A DNA stretch of 64,000 nucleotides from Atractiella rhizophila (taxonomy: Eukaryota). Positions 24,732 to 37,987 of this stretch are shown in pieces. The position numbers and the translations under genes are program-made. Every line of letters begins with the position of its first letter. Positions within the stretch are counted from its first letter, which is position 1. The stretch covers positions 1 to 64,000 of the forward strand of contig MU271412.1 in NCBI GenBank assembly GCA_021432655.1, read 5' to 3'. Under the pieces are notes generated by a model. That model saw only the letters and a list, made by a program, of their open reading frames with translations. It was not told the origin of the DNA and ran no database searches.

Positions 24732-25594
24732 TATTCCACGTTTGCGATAGCTGAGATGGAGAGATTACTAGGAAGTGTCTAGCTGAAAGAGCTGGCACTG
24801 AGGAGTAGGTCGTGTCGTCGGTGATGCTGCGCCGGAAGGCCTAGTCCTTCTTTAGTTCCTAGTGATGTGTGCACTGTAGTGATGGAAGTATTTTGATGTC
24901 AAAGGCAGAGATGCCAGAGAAAGGCATTGGAAAAGGCTGGGAAAGGTGGATCGTAGTGCCTTGTGTCCCGTAGAAGTTGTAACTTAACAAGTGGACTGGC
25001 CCAAAGCCTCTGATGCACGATGAGTGTCGCTTCTCTCTTCTTTCAGCCATTTTTGATGCTCTCGCAAAGTACAATGCAAAATGATACAACCTCATAATTT
25101 GCTGAAATCAGCTTGGTCGCCGTGCTACATGTTCAAAACATTGATATAAACCGTACAACCACCGAATGCACAATGTTTGGCCTTGCACTGGCAGCTGTGT
25201 AGTTGCGCGTGTGTTTCCAGCAGCCAGAGAGTCGCCAGGCTTTCTACTTTCATACCCAGTGCAAACATTGCATGGCGAGCGAGCGATCCCAATCCAGCGG
25301 CGTGCCAATGTCACTGAGTTCTCGACAAGTCAAGCACACGACTGTAGGAAGGATCCACAACTACCAAACGAGCCATTCGACATATTTTGTGCTGTATAGA
25401 ACAGCTAAAGGAAGGAATGACATCTAGCAACTTCACTGACGCATAGAAAGCATGAATAATGCTAGCATTCCTGGAGTTTCACTTTAAAACAGGTTATTGA
25501 TTGCACTCTGAAGATGCAAGGGTGACGTCGGAGTCCCCTTTTGTTTGTTCCAACAGGCCTTAGCATGTATGTATCGGTTTTGTAACCCTATCAT

Positions 25595-26395
25595 TTATCT
25601 TCTCTTCGAGATGTATACATGTTTCCTCCAACAAAGAACTTGATATCCCGTGTACAAGAAAGTCTCTCGCCCGCTCCATGGGAAGGAAGCACCGTCAAGG
25701 TCTTCTCCAACTTGACCCGGTAGCTAATGGTTCATGTGAGTTCCAACTGCTTCTATCTTGGGTAGCTAACCTTGATGCGGTGTATATCAGTGAGCGCATG
25801 GAATAACCGTCCGTTACTATCGTATCCACCATCAATCATTCGATCTTCCCAGCCCTCTGGAGGTGCGCCATAATTGGCTTCTACCCAACACATATTCTCT
25901 TCCTCCCACAAAAGGATATCAAAAGAGTCTTAGGAGGTGTCATTCCATTTTCTTTCGATGCTATCCAAAATACTGACCGGATGTTAGCTCTAATTGATTC
26001 CCAGATATGGTCGTTGTTGGTGGCGTCTTGATCCCCACTCTCCCAGGGTAGATGCCCGTCTTTGTGACGATTGAACACATATAAACAGGATCTCCTTGCA
26101 TGTCCACTGTTGCGTGAGAGCCAGGTATTTTGTCTGTCTGCCAGATTAGAAATCTTACATTGTTAGGATCAGTCATACCGAGTTCAAGGCTAGGGAATAC
26201 TTCGTAGTTCTGACAATGAACCCTGCCTTCAGCTCTTGGTTACAGTTCGATCTCAAGCTGTTTGACAAACCTGATACCTGCAGGTGGCTTGTTTAGGTCG
26301 TCCTCATCCTCAGATGAATCTATCGGATCTTCTTCAGGTCGATAATCCGTGGCCTCAACTGTGGCTTCTGCTTTCAGCTTTCCCTCTCCACTCAT
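25595..26395 (-). CDS. DM9-repeat (DUF3421-like) protein
   Basis: Spliced product contains 'GDPVYMCSIVTKTGIYPGRVG', 'FDILLW...WVEANYGAPPEG...GGYDSNGRLFHA', 'PGQVGEDLDGASFPWSGRE..YQVLCW'; acidic N-terminus. Confidence 0.7.
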
Positions 26396-26818
26396 AACAA
26401 CTGTTTTTTTTCCAGATAGGGCCAGACGAAAGTGAAGGTGCTGGCGCGCCAAGTTTGGTATCACGCACATCGATGCGGTCCACAAAAACGGACAGCCCAT
26501 GTCAGTGTACGCCTTCGTGCGCGGCCCGCCCAGCAGCATGATTGATTGTAGGAGCACCACGAAACGGCGAACGTAGAAGTAAAATGTTCCTCAGACTATG
26601 AAGAGATAGATAAGGCCATCGAATACTTTCGCCCCTTCGAAATGGCTTCGATTTCAAAAGGTACCTCGAATCCGGTGCGTTCTGTCATGCGTGATCTCAA
26701 TGACTCTGATGTATCCCGTGCATTTCTCTAACAGCCAGATCTTTGCCTGTACACTATTGATACTCGCGTTTCAAGCTTCGCTACTCCACAGTGCATAACA
26801 CTTGATACGTCCCAATGC

Positions 26819-28294
26819 TTGCGAGGCCATGGGTATCGATCAATCAAGCTCTTCGTTCCCCGAAGACACCATCTTTACCAGCGAACCGTTATTTCCCACG
26901 TTGACCTTATTCCGCTTTCCGAAACGTCCCATGCTTGTGACCTCTCCGTCTACCTTCCCCTTACAGACAATCGCTTTTATACTACGACAGCATCTGATCC
27001 TCAGGAGAAAAGACAATTCTTAACGGCCAACGGATTGCACGCCAAGATGAAAGGCTGGCTCGAAATTTCACCTGAAGCCCATTGCACGGAGGCCGTCTAT
27101 GATTTTCGCGCTCAGCGCTATTTACCTGCTGATGCCCCGGAAGTCAATCACGATTTCATTGTGCGTTTAGCTCCACAGCTCGCGACCTCACAGGTCTCTG
27201 AGATGCCAGTCGAACTTTTGGAGGTCGTATTCTCTTTCCTTTATATTTCCAGTTCCCGAGTCGACCGCCATATAACTGCAGCACCACTTTTAGCTGTCTC
27301 TAAGCGGTGGAGAGCGGTCGCAGCTGCTTATCTTCCTGAACCTCGTGGAATCCAGCAAAAGGTGTCACGACTACGGGCCTATCCTGGAGCGGGCCGCCGT
27401 TGGACAGATTTTTTTGTAAACTCTTATTTACCCATGGAAGAATTGAAACTTGTTGCCGACAGCAGCCATCAAATCAAAACCACCATCTTCACTGTTTCTG
27501 ACGTACATTGGTCGAAAGCAGAGCGGGAAGAGTTGATGTGGAGCATGTCACGATGGAAAACCCTCTACAAACTAACTTTCGATCGCGGTTGGGAAACGGA
27601 CGACATGGAACTGTTTTTCGCAAATACCCAATCGCTACAAAGTCTTGCTATCATCACGGGAAGAATGATAACTCCGTTTGATGACGCAATAATATACAAA
27701 GGCCTAGATATCGAACTTCCTCGACTCTACACTTTGCATCTGTACCATAGTCCAATCGAGGGTACAGTCTGGCCCGGTGTCATCAAAGCTAGCGCGAATC
27801 TGAAGAACCTACATTTATATTTCTGCGCACCCATACCCAACTCTCTGGTCACCGATTCGTTGCTTCTCCGCTTAACGTGGTTTCACCTTGATTTGAGGAC
27901 TGTAATTGGGGAAGAGGATGCCGCTCTCAAGTTCAGAGTCCCATATCCGTTGCACCACACTAACTTCCAAAACATTTGCGAGCTTGTTCTCGATGGATTG
28001 CACGAAAACTCAAATTTATTGCCCTATGATTTCTTTACCCAATTGCTTTCCGATAAAGGCTTTCTGCGAGAATTCTTCAATCTTTGGCATCTCGATCTCA
28101 TTGCTCTGCATATCGGGCCAGAAGGTTGGCAAGAAGTCTTCGACTGGCTTTACCTCCCTGGGAGATTCTTCCGAGTTTCTAATTTCTTCGGCCAATGGGA
28201 CGATGCGACCATGAAAGGATACTCCCGTGTGATCAAGGAGCGAGAGGATCTCCCAGGACTTCGCTTAGGCATCGGTGAAGTGAACGAGAATTGA
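26819..28294 (+). CDS. F-box-like / LRR-like protein (lineage-expanded family)
   Basis: Single 491-aa ORF; 'MPVELLEVVFSFL...LLAVSKRWR' F-box pattern followed by LxxLxL repeats (LQSLAI, LYTLHL, LKNLHL, LWHLDL). The ORF start codon is non-ATG, so the true start is uncertain. Confidence 0.75.
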   Translation: MRGHGYRSIKLFVPRRHHLYQRTVISHVDLIPLSETSHACDLSVYLPLTDNRFYTTTASDPQEKRQFLTANGLHAKMKGWLEISPEAHCTEAVYDFRAQRYLPADAPEVNHDFIVRLAPQLATSQVSEMPVELLEVVFSFLYISSSRVDRHITAAPLLAVSKRWRAVAAAYLPEPRGIQQKVSRLRAYPGAGRRWTDFFVNSYLPMEELKLVADSSHQIKTTIFTVSDVHWSKAEREELMWSMSRWKTLYKLTFDRGWETDDMELFFANTQSLQSLAIITGRMITPFDDAIIYKGLDIELPRLYTLHLYHSPIEGTVWPGVIKASANLKNLHLYFCAPIPNSLVTDSLLLRLTWFHLDLRTVIGEEDAALKFRVPYPLHHTNFQNICELVLDGLHENSNLLPYDFFTQLLSDKGFLREFFNLWHLDLIALHIGPEGWQEVFDWLYLPGRFFRVSNFFGQWDDATMKGYSRVIKEREDLPGLRLGIGEVNEN

Positions 28295-28610
28295 TTTGTT
28301 CACCATGGTTGGCATCTCATGAGCATTCGTTTTGCATGTCGGCACATATGAAAAGCACGCGGCGAAGATTTTTGCACCAAGTTTTTGAAAAGCATTCGAA
28401 GATTAGTGGCTCCATAGAGACATTGTGACTTTAGCAGTTGCGCGTCGATGTCACAAATGCATTCTCTTGAAAATGACTTTTGCGGTTAGATATTGAGTAC
28501 ATTTGCATATCTGCAATCTCTGAACACTAGTTGACACAAAAATGGAGCTACTACTTCTCGACGGGTCGTATCTGCAACCGACAAGCTAAGAAGCGTTAAA
28601 GAACCGTTTG

Positions 28611-30472
28611 TTACTGCGAGAAGAGGAACATACCCATCGCCTTAGGCGTCACAAAGAAGTGTTCCTCCGGGTGCATGCTTTCCTCGTCTGTCCCTGGATG
28701 GAGACTAATGTAGAATCGTCTGACTAAGGCTCCCATTAAAACCCGCATCTCCAACCATGCCAGACTTGACAATAGTTATCAGCATTGTTAGTCAAATTGT
28801 ACAACGAGAGATCACACTTCATGCCAACGCAGTTCCTCGGGCTAAAGAATGTTAGCTCAAACCAATAGAAGGAGGAAAGTGTGTGCGTACCCATAACTGA
28901 AGGGGATAAACCCAGTCTTCATCTCAGCTGTCTCGTTCTCCCATCTTTCCGGCTTCAACGCCAGCGGGTCTGGGAAAATGTTGCGGTCTCTGTGTATGTC
29001 GTATGCTTGCATCGTAACCTCCGTGCCTTCAGGGAGGAATTTGCCGCCTAACATCGCCCCGCCGTTAGGGACAGAACGCTCCAGGGGACCAGGAAGTGTC
29101 GGCCATAGACGAAGAATCTCTTTCAAAAAGCCGTTGAAAAGTGGGAGGGACTCGAGATCTTTGCCAGAAGGGAAGGTGGTGGGAGTGTGCGCAACAGAGC
29201 GCAGCTCAGTTCTAATTGCATCCTGCAGTTCTAGGCGGCGAGCAAGTTCCCAGCAAGCGTAGGTCATCGCTGTCGATGCTACAGTAGCTGTTAGTATAAT
29301 CTCCACAAATTGTATGGATGAACAAATTACTTGTGTCACTGCCAGCGATCATGATTGCACCGGCCTGCATCCTCTAGCCATTCACAAACGACATCCTCAG
29401 AAGAAGCAAAGCGACACACCTCAGTAGCGACATGTTTCCGAGAAATTCGCTTATCTTGCAAGCTAGCCCGGTGCAGACTCTCGAGCAGGTTCGTACGGTT
29501 CCCGTCATCAATGTCGGTAATGGATCCGTCCTTCAGTCCATCCGCGTACGCCTTCTCACCGTAAGAGACAAACTTGCGTTCAGCTTGAGAGATATCCGTA
29601 AGTTTAGGGTAGATGCCAGAATTCGCCAAGTAAGACACGCCAGGGACGAAATCTTTCAGGACAACTTTATCATAGTCAGTCACAATTGCGAGGGTAAGGC
29701 AACGCGCACAGTAGATGTAGACTTGTTCCATCAACTCTACCAGTTTATTCGCCTTTCCTGTTTCCGTCATCTTCATGTCCAACCCGTAAGCGAGCTGACA
29801 GATGATATCGAAAGCCACCAGCCTGAGAACGGTCTTCATCAGCGCTCAAGTAGCTGTCCACGACGCAATAACATACCTCATCCACCTGAAAAAGTCCGCC
29901 GATCCCTCAACTTTCATCTCCCTCTCTACTCGATCCAAGAACACGTTCGTGTACTTGTGCAGTTCCGGTTCAAATCCTTCCAAGTTGCCCTTGTTGAAGA
30001 GCGGGAGGAGGATGCCACGGCGAGCTTTGACTTTGTCGAACTCGTTGAGGACGAGCATATGTTCCGTTCCATCCATGTGCTTGCCAAAGTAACGAGGGTT
30101 CGACTTGAGGAACTTCCCGCCGTAAATCTGTTTCAAAGCGGAAGGGTCGTTGATGGATACAAGCGTAGGGGAAATTCGAACTGCCGGACCTAAAGATCCG
30201 TTAAAATGAGAGAATCGATACAGAAGAGAATGCTCACCGTATTTCTGATGAAGATCATAGATCCAAGGACTCCTCCTGCCACTGGCTAGAGTTTGGTACG
30301 CGTCCACAGCTCCCGTGATTTTGCAGAGGAAAGGGCCAGGGACCTTGGAAAGTGGGCCAAGGAAAGCGATGTACAAGCTCCTCAAAACAGACTGGAGGAG
30401 GAAGAGAAGGGGGACATATACGAAGAGGCGAAGATTGGAAGGTAGGTAGTCGCTGACAGGTTCAAACAACAT
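28611..30472 (-). CDS. Cytochrome P450 (CYP53-clan-like)
   Basis: N-terminal TM anchor, PLSKVPGP, LHQKYG, VRISP, I-helix AGSDT, EILR, PERW, and the heme motif FSYG|PRNCVG split by an intron. Confidence 0.92.
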
Positions 30473-31741
30473 GGTGCTGTTTCCCAAACTTACGACTGCC
30501 CAGTGGAGAATAGTCGGTTTTTAACGACATTTTCTGACGAAAGGCTTGTTTTTAATCCTTCGCCTAGCCAACAGTCCGTCACACCCCGCATGCTGACCGC
30601 AGGCAAGAAAAACTGTGAAGGAGAAACAAAAGTGCCGGGGAAACTATGACTCATTGCTCTCACGAAATTGGCAAGTTCCATTGTAAGACTACGGTTGCTC
30701 TGCAAGTCGTCGAAAGTTGCCTTTGCAGGTGCTTCGCAGCCGTATTTTTGCCTCACGGTAGAGCTCAACACGTGCTCTGCTTGAGTGTTTTGAACTAGTC
30801 ACTACTTCTGGCAAGGGTTGTGTGCCCCCCATTAGTGATCTGAATTCCTCTGTAGTTTAGTGATAAAAACCGTACAGGAAGACGGATCTGGTGATATGGC
30901 AACGAATAATATGTACGCAGGAACATTGTGGTTGAACAACTTGGTCAGGTTCTATCAAAGTAAACAATCTAATCTGGCACGAGCGCGATCAGCCTGCCGG
31001 TCGTGCAATTTGAGCGCAGGGGTGATAATACCTCCAGGCAACAGTGGATAAGACACAGAGCAATATGTCAATGCGACTCGTGCACCATCCTGAGTGCCAG
31101 CAGCCACTTGGGCTCAATCGGATTGAGTGAGCACTATATCGTCCCGAACTCCCGACCTTCCTAACCGCGTCTCGAACTCGTTCCTTCGTACGTCATAAAG
31201 CACGTATTCGGACACGGTTGAGCTAAAGCTTCAAGCAGCCACGGATAAAGTGTCAGACTGATAAGGGAAAACCACTTGTCATCAAACCCCCAAACACACC
31301 CGTTCTTAGCCTCGTTTGATATGAGAATAGTTGGATAGCAAAACAAGTGAGCAGTCTTATTCACCCATGTAACTGTTGAAGAAAAGAGGAGATTTACCGA
31401 TTTACCGATCTCAAGACACTCCCCCACAACTCCGCTTCCCAACACCAGACTTTCGCTCTCTTTCTAGTTCTTTTAGCTATTATTCAACAACATCTTTTCC
31501 GAAGATTCATTAATTCCAACCTCATCTCAGCTTGCCACTCTCTCGTCGCTGGCTATGGTCGTTGAACACGCAGTTTCATGTTCAAGGTTCTTGATCAACC
31601 TGGCGCGTCTTGGCCATTCAAACGACACAACGAAACGACCACTCCTTCAGAAATATATACCCTTGCTCCTCGACCCAGCTGACATACACCTTCCCAAGAA
31701 CGAAACACTCGTTACTGTAACCGCAGGCGCAAACGCTGAAC

Positions 31742-33830
31742 ATGCCGCGCATCCCTCCTCTGCTCCCTCGCCTGCTCTTCCTCTCGCTCCTCCTCCTCCT
31801 TCCCACTCTTTACTATCTCAAATCACAGATACCTTCGTCTCCCGATCCAGAAATTGTTTACGATGTGCCAGAGGGGAAGGGGAGGGTTGGGGTGGTAGGC
31901 ATTGGAGGCTCTGGCAGCGTCTTGAAGGATGAGGAGGATGGGAAGGGGAAGGTGGAGTTGTTGGATTTGGATCATGAGGAGGTGGGGAGCGGTGGTGGAG
32001 GCGGCGGGAAGCATGACCATGGGGGAGATGGAGGAGAAAAAGATCTGCAAGGGATGGTTGGAGGCGTCGGAAGTGGATTGTGGGAAGGAGGAGTGATAAT
32101 GGACAAGATGGCGAATGAAACTGTGCGGTACGTCACTTCTTCTGTTCTCTTTCAGGGAAACGAGGGACGAGCATTTAGTTTAAACTTTTGAGGACTTGTT
32201 GTGAGGAGGCAGGCATGGAACTGCATTGCCAGTTTGCCACTCTCAACCCACGTAAACTGCCGTGTTAAGCATCAGCTTGCAGTCTCCATCCTGTTCCCGA
32301 ATGTGACCGGTCCCAATGGAATCATTGCTTATATTTCAAGCGCCAAGAGAAGACGTTTGGTGTTTCAACCTGCCAAGCAGCGCTAAAGATACGGTTGAAC
32401 GACCTGCACCAAGTTTTTGTCAATGAAAAGAGCCTTTTGTTTTACATTTGATGCTATTGTCTCATGATTTTATCGATCAAAGTTATTTCTGGAGGCTTAG
32501 ACGATAGCTGAGAAATAAAGATATGTCAGCAAACACTGAAGGAGGGAATGATTGAAATTGAAATAGATATATAATGTCTCGGGCTAACATTCCTTTGTTA
32601 AACATTGAACTAGTCTGTGATTCCAGTATGTGATATGCCTCGTCAGGCGACAGCATTCGAGTGGATATATGCCGTATAAATGTGCTCGTGCATCGTATTC
32701 TATATGCAAGAGTGATTGAGACGAGATTTAGGCCTCCTGGGACCTTAGCTCTCTTTGGGATCCAAGAATTAGGTCTTGCTTGTGTTTGAGCCAGGTTGGC
32801 ATAGGTTTCCATCAGGGTAAGAGTACCTTGCGATCTGTCGCTTATGCCATCCCCGCTACCCTGAAGGGTAGGGAACACTTACGTACACTACTTGTGTGGT
32901 TTATCTGCCCTTCTTCATGGAAGATGCGAGATACTTCTTGCTGGATGCTATATCCGATCCATTGCACACACGTCGTCTGCCAGTCTGCCGGGTTGTAATT
33001 TGTTGCATCAAAAAATTGGATAAATTAAATTTTGCTCGGGATCATGCAAAACCGCAGCCGCATTCCGTTGTGAAGCAACTCTAGAGTTCTCTCATAAGTG
33101 GAAAACTAATCAGAGAAGGACTGTAGGGCAGAACTTGGTCGCGCAACCTGGAAAGTGGGTGAAGCCTCTTTGTCTCAAATGGACCTTCGTTAATGAAACA
33201 TATAGCTTTTGCATACTATGGCACAGCGGTAAGCAATCGTCCTTCTCAAAATATCCAATACTGATAACTCTGCTACAGCTTCCCAAAAACCCCGACAGCC
33301 TCCGAACGGCAAACATTTGTCGACTTCTTCCACCTGCTGGGTCGGCTGTATCCCTGTGGCGAATGGTGGGATGCATTTTCCCAATTGAATAGAATCGCTA
33401 AAGGATGAGCAGTGCAGAGCATTTTCAATCGCTTCTTTCACAGTATCCGCCGCAAACAAGCTCTCGAGACAAAGCGGGACTTTGGCTCTGCTTCCTGCAT
33501 AACCAAGTATGCATCGGCTTTCCCTTAGTTATGTCGCTGAGATGGCTACAGGTGAACCTCTCCCTTAAAAAGGACGAATTCGATTGCAACGAGCTGGAAG
33601 GCAAATATGATTGTGGTTGCGGCGAAGAACCATCATCTTCGTCGACTACAGCACAAGAGACTTCAACCACAGCAGAAGAAAGCGCAGAGGAGACATCCAA
33701 CAAGATGGTTGTCCTCGCAAAGCCGGGAATTCAAGTCGCAAAGTCTGAACCAGAAGAGGAAGAGGACGATGACGATGAAAAAGGAGAGGAGAAAGGAGAC
33801 CTGTGGGGAGATGAAGCCCAAGAAGGATGA
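31742..33830 (+). CDS. ERV2: Erv1/Alr-family FAD-dependent sulfhydryl oxidase, ER type
   Basis: N-terminal TM; spliced 'GGVIMDKMANETVR|AELGRATW..LHTM..YPCGECAEHF...WLCFLHNQVN...YDCGC'; first intron 32128-33126. Confidence 0.9.
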
Positions 33831-34204
33831 ATGGCTTAAAGTGTATAGGTAAGTTGCGCTTATACTTGTTTCCGCGCACAGTATTCACAACTGAGCCTCA
33901 GGTGTTCGTTTGACATTGCCATTCCCTCTCTTCACAATAACTTATTTGTTCTTGGGTGCTTGGTCGCTGTGCATACTTTCGCAATCCGTACGTCAACGTG
34001 TTAATTATATTCCTTCCAATTCCAATCCAGTTCCTTCGTTACAACCCGACTGTGCCATGGAGGTCAACAACGAATCAGTGATGACGTAAGCCATCGATGG
34101 GACGATTGAACCGAAGAAGCATTCCGAGCCAGCATTCCTGTGTGGGTTTATTAGAAGGTATAGATATTAGACAGGGGTGGTGCATCATCAGGATTGCCAC
34201 AACC

Positions 34205-35299
34205 ATGACTTCCCCAAAGGTTTTCATTGTCACTGGAGGCGCCAATGGTACGTCAGTCTACCAAAGTTTTGACGAGCTGATCACAAACTCAGGTATCGGA
34301 GCGTTCATAACCTACCATTTAGCAACTGTTTTACCACAGCCCATGCGAATCGCTGTACTTGATTTGGACTTAGATGCCCTGAAGCTTTTCGAAGAGCGCC
34401 TGACTAGGTCGCCGCCAGAAGGTTGTCCAAAGCTTTCTGCCGATACGTTTCTGTTCCTTCAATGCGATGTCTCCAAAGAGGAAGAAGTTAGGCATTCAGT
34501 CGAAATAATTTCGAGGCAATGGGGCCCAGGTCTTGACGGTCTTGTAAACAATGCTGGTATCCCCTTTGCCTATGGTTACGCGAGTGAGAAAACGGACTTC
34601 ACCGACTGGACGGCCGAAGAATTCCTGCGTTATCAGGAAGCACGTTATACCCTCTCGTCCTAACGTTTGTCTGAACTGAAAAAGTTGGATAGGTTCATGT
34701 TTTGGGGAGCTTCCTGCTTGCGAAACATTGTGCACCTTACTTAGAGACGAGGAAAGGTGCCATCGTCAATATCAGTAGTGTGAGGGCACATTTTAGTGAT
34801 CCACTGCAGGAGGGGTATGCAGCGTCAAAGGGAGGAGTTTCGGCGCTCACTCACGCACTGGCAACCAGCATGGGCGCTAAAGGATTGCGTGTAAACTGTA
34901 TCTCTGTGCGTTTCTGCCATATCATCTCTACCACAACTGAAACAGACGGCAGCCGGGGTCGGCCAAATTATTTTATCTTCCATCCCTAACTGTCGCTCAC
35001 CAGGTACATCGACGTGTCGTCCGGCCGACAAAAGAGCATCACACGCTTTCCGCCAGCGGTGGACACACCTCCTGCTATTTCACTGCCTTACCATTTCCAG
35101 ATGCTGACAGGACGCGTTGGACGAGGGGAGGATGTTGCAAAGCTAGCTTGGTTTCTACTTGATAACGAGCAGAGCGGCTTCTTGACAGGACAAGACATCT
35201 GCCTTGAGTAATCTTTCCTCTGCCCTACCTAGCGCCAAATCTAACTGCACGTGTGTGTAGTGGTGGATTCACGAGAAGAAAACAGGACGAATTCCCTAG
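34205..35299 (+). CDS. Short-chain dehydrogenase/reductase
   Basis: VTGGAN|GIG, CDVS, LVNNAG, IVNISS, YAASK, RVNCIS, GRVG, FLTGQ motifs. Confidence 0.92.
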
Positions 35300-35575
35300 A
35301 GATTTGCAAGCCTCCCTCGCCGGACATGTGCCGAAATAGGTGTAAGCTTTTCCACAAATCTGACTTCGCTCATTGCAAGGTTGATCCAAGGTATCTCCTC
35401 AAAATTCCTTCGCGATTGACAAGGTTTCTAAGGGGTTTCAAGCGCACAAGGACATCTGTTGTACCCTTGCATCATGATAATAAAAACAAGATTGCCGATT
35501 CAGGACGATGTATATTCCCGACATCCATCGTCTCCCTTGTACCTTCGAAATTCCTGCTATTTCACTGCAAGATCA

Positions 35576-37987
35576 TTACTCCCTATTCTCCTCATACACC
35601 TTCAATCCTTCTTTCGCCTCCGCCGCCTCCTGCAATATTGTCTGCTTGATCTTCTCAGTCCTCGGCTCGATGACACATTTGAACTGGTATGGCCTAGTGT
35701 TGAAAGTGGGCTTGTAACCAGTCTCCATGCTGGTATCTGGATACTCTGGCTCTTTCGTCTCCGGATTGATGTAAGGCGAGTAGTTGAAGCCCCAAAGGAG
35801 ACGCGACCCGGTGAGGAAGAGAGAGCCTACATCAAATAGAAATGAATGACAGCGAAGTCATAAAAGTAGACAACAAACGCTCAGCAAAGTGTTGGCCAGG
35901 GCACACCCGTCTGCGTTCCGTCAATGATATGTTAGACGGTGTCAGAGCAGGACGTGGAGACGCACCGTCCCCATCCAAAAGAGCTGTGCCCACGATTATT
36001 TGTTGACGGGTACTCCTGTCCATGGAGGAAACGTTCGGGCTGTTCCATGATCAATCTTGTCTCAAACATCCAATCCTCAACAGTAACGTAACGTACGTCA
36101 AACTTCTCCGGATCAGGGTACACTTCCTTATTCTGGTGGATAGACCACATGTTTCCTTGCCTGTGTCACCTCTTCTGTCAGGTTCCGACATGCCTACAAG
36201 TAGGAGGAATAGAAACAAACACGATGGATCCAGCGGGGATGAAATACGTCTTTCCTTTGTGTTCATACCAGTCATCTGTCCCAATACAATGAGCAATGTT
36301 CTGTCTTTGAAGCATTAGCTCCTACCTTCAGTTGAAGCATGCGGGGTCCCTCCAAGGACTGCCACCGGTCTCCACCTCATCTGTGGGCGCACGTACCTCT
36401 TATCAGCGCGACCGTCTCAAGATTGAAGAAGGGGGCGAAACGTACAGTTTCTTTAATCACAGCTTCGGTATACACCAAATCATCCTTGTCGTTATAGTTG
36501 GGGCTCCTGCCATCCCCCACAACACGATCCATTTCTTCGTGGACCTTCTTCTGAACCTCCGGAAAGCTGACCATGACGAGGACCAACGACTGGAGGATGG
36601 AAGAAGTGGTGTCGATTCCCGCTCCGAAGAGCGAAGCAGGCATTCCATTAAAATCTGACCATCAGTAATCGAATCAGCATGGCTCTCAACAATTCGTGGA
36701 GGGAAAACAGGAGGAGAGACGAACCGATGTCATCTAACCCCAGTTCCTCCCACCCCAGCTCGTTTCTAATCTCCAAAAGCTCTCGACAGAAGCTCTCTGG
36801 CGCATTTCCAGCCTTCACTTTCCTCTTTACCTCTTCTACTAGTTCCCTGGCGTTCTCGCGTCCCATCTCTCTGTATTTCAAAGCATCCCGTTTGAGAGGG
36901 ACGAGGAACGATGGGAGTTTAGCGAGAAATGGAAAAATCTCGAACCTTTTCCGAGCCGTTTTGGTAAGAAGCAGGGACGGTGGAAGGAGGCAGAGGAGCG
37001 TACCACTGAGCTCCAGGCACTTTGACGCGGATAAAGAAGGAGAGACTCTGATTGAGTTTCTGGTAAGCCTTGTCGGTCCTCGTGTCCGTGATCCTCCTTC
37101 CGTAAGAGATGCAAACAATGAGCGACGCGGTGTATCTGCAGATCCCAACCTCCTAAGCTCCAGTCTGCAACAAACACAGAGCGTGGACGGACCGATAAAT
37201 TTCTTCATACCAATCCTTCGCACCATCTCGGACGAGGTGCAGTGCCAGTTGCTTGCCTTCCATTTCCATGATATCTATTTACATTATGCAAACACAGTCA
37301 GTGAATTGTTGAAGAAGAGAATGGAGTGACAAGGTGGATAAAGAATAGCGTACGGAGGTACGAATCTGTCGCTTTTGGCATCATGGCCATGTGGAACACC
37401 TTCCTCTGTGCTCTCCAAGCATCTCCATACGGCGCGTGCACCTACAAACACTTCGTTCTCAGTCATCTGTTTCCGTTGGAAGATAAGAGGAAGAAAAAAC
37501 GCGCACCATCCCTTTACCTCCAAGCAGAAGCTCTCCGGCGGCGACGAAGCGAGGGCGGGAAGAATATTTGTGGCTTCTCCTCTCCAACAGGTCGATGGCG
37601 ACCTACTCCCGCTATCAGTTTAGGTCCTCGTGACAGTGAAAGATGAAAGATGAGGCGGACCTGAGGATGTCCAATTACTATTCTCGGGACGTTGGAATCG
37701 TAAACGGTGATGATATCCCCGTACTCATCGTTCATCTTCTTGAACCAAAGCCAACTCCTGGAAGTGGGTACCTTGAGCTTATGTCCAAGGAAGGGCAACG
37801 GTCTCGCCCCAGGGTACGGCGGGAGATTTCGAGGTCGGCGAAGTTCGACATAGATGCAAGATACGACGATAACCGCAAGAGGAACTGCCAGTATCCCCAG
37901 GACGTAAGACGATGAGGTCCAGATGGCATTCAGCATGACATTGACGCTGTCGGGTACTGGGAGGGCGAACGGCACGGCGGGTGCCAT
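35576..37987 (-). CDS. Cytochrome P450 (CYP64-like family)
   Basis: TM anchor, LPPYPGARPLPFLG, AGIDTT, KET(xR), YPDPEKF, PERF, FGWG|RRVCPG; many short introns. Confidence 0.92.

Noticed and set aside
29432..30193. 253-aa plus-strand ORF
   Set aside because: Antisense to P450 exons; no independent motifs.
36679..37329. 216-aa plus-strand and 192-aa minus-strand ORFs as separate genes
   Set aside because: Explained by exons and read-through introns of the second P450 and their antisense.
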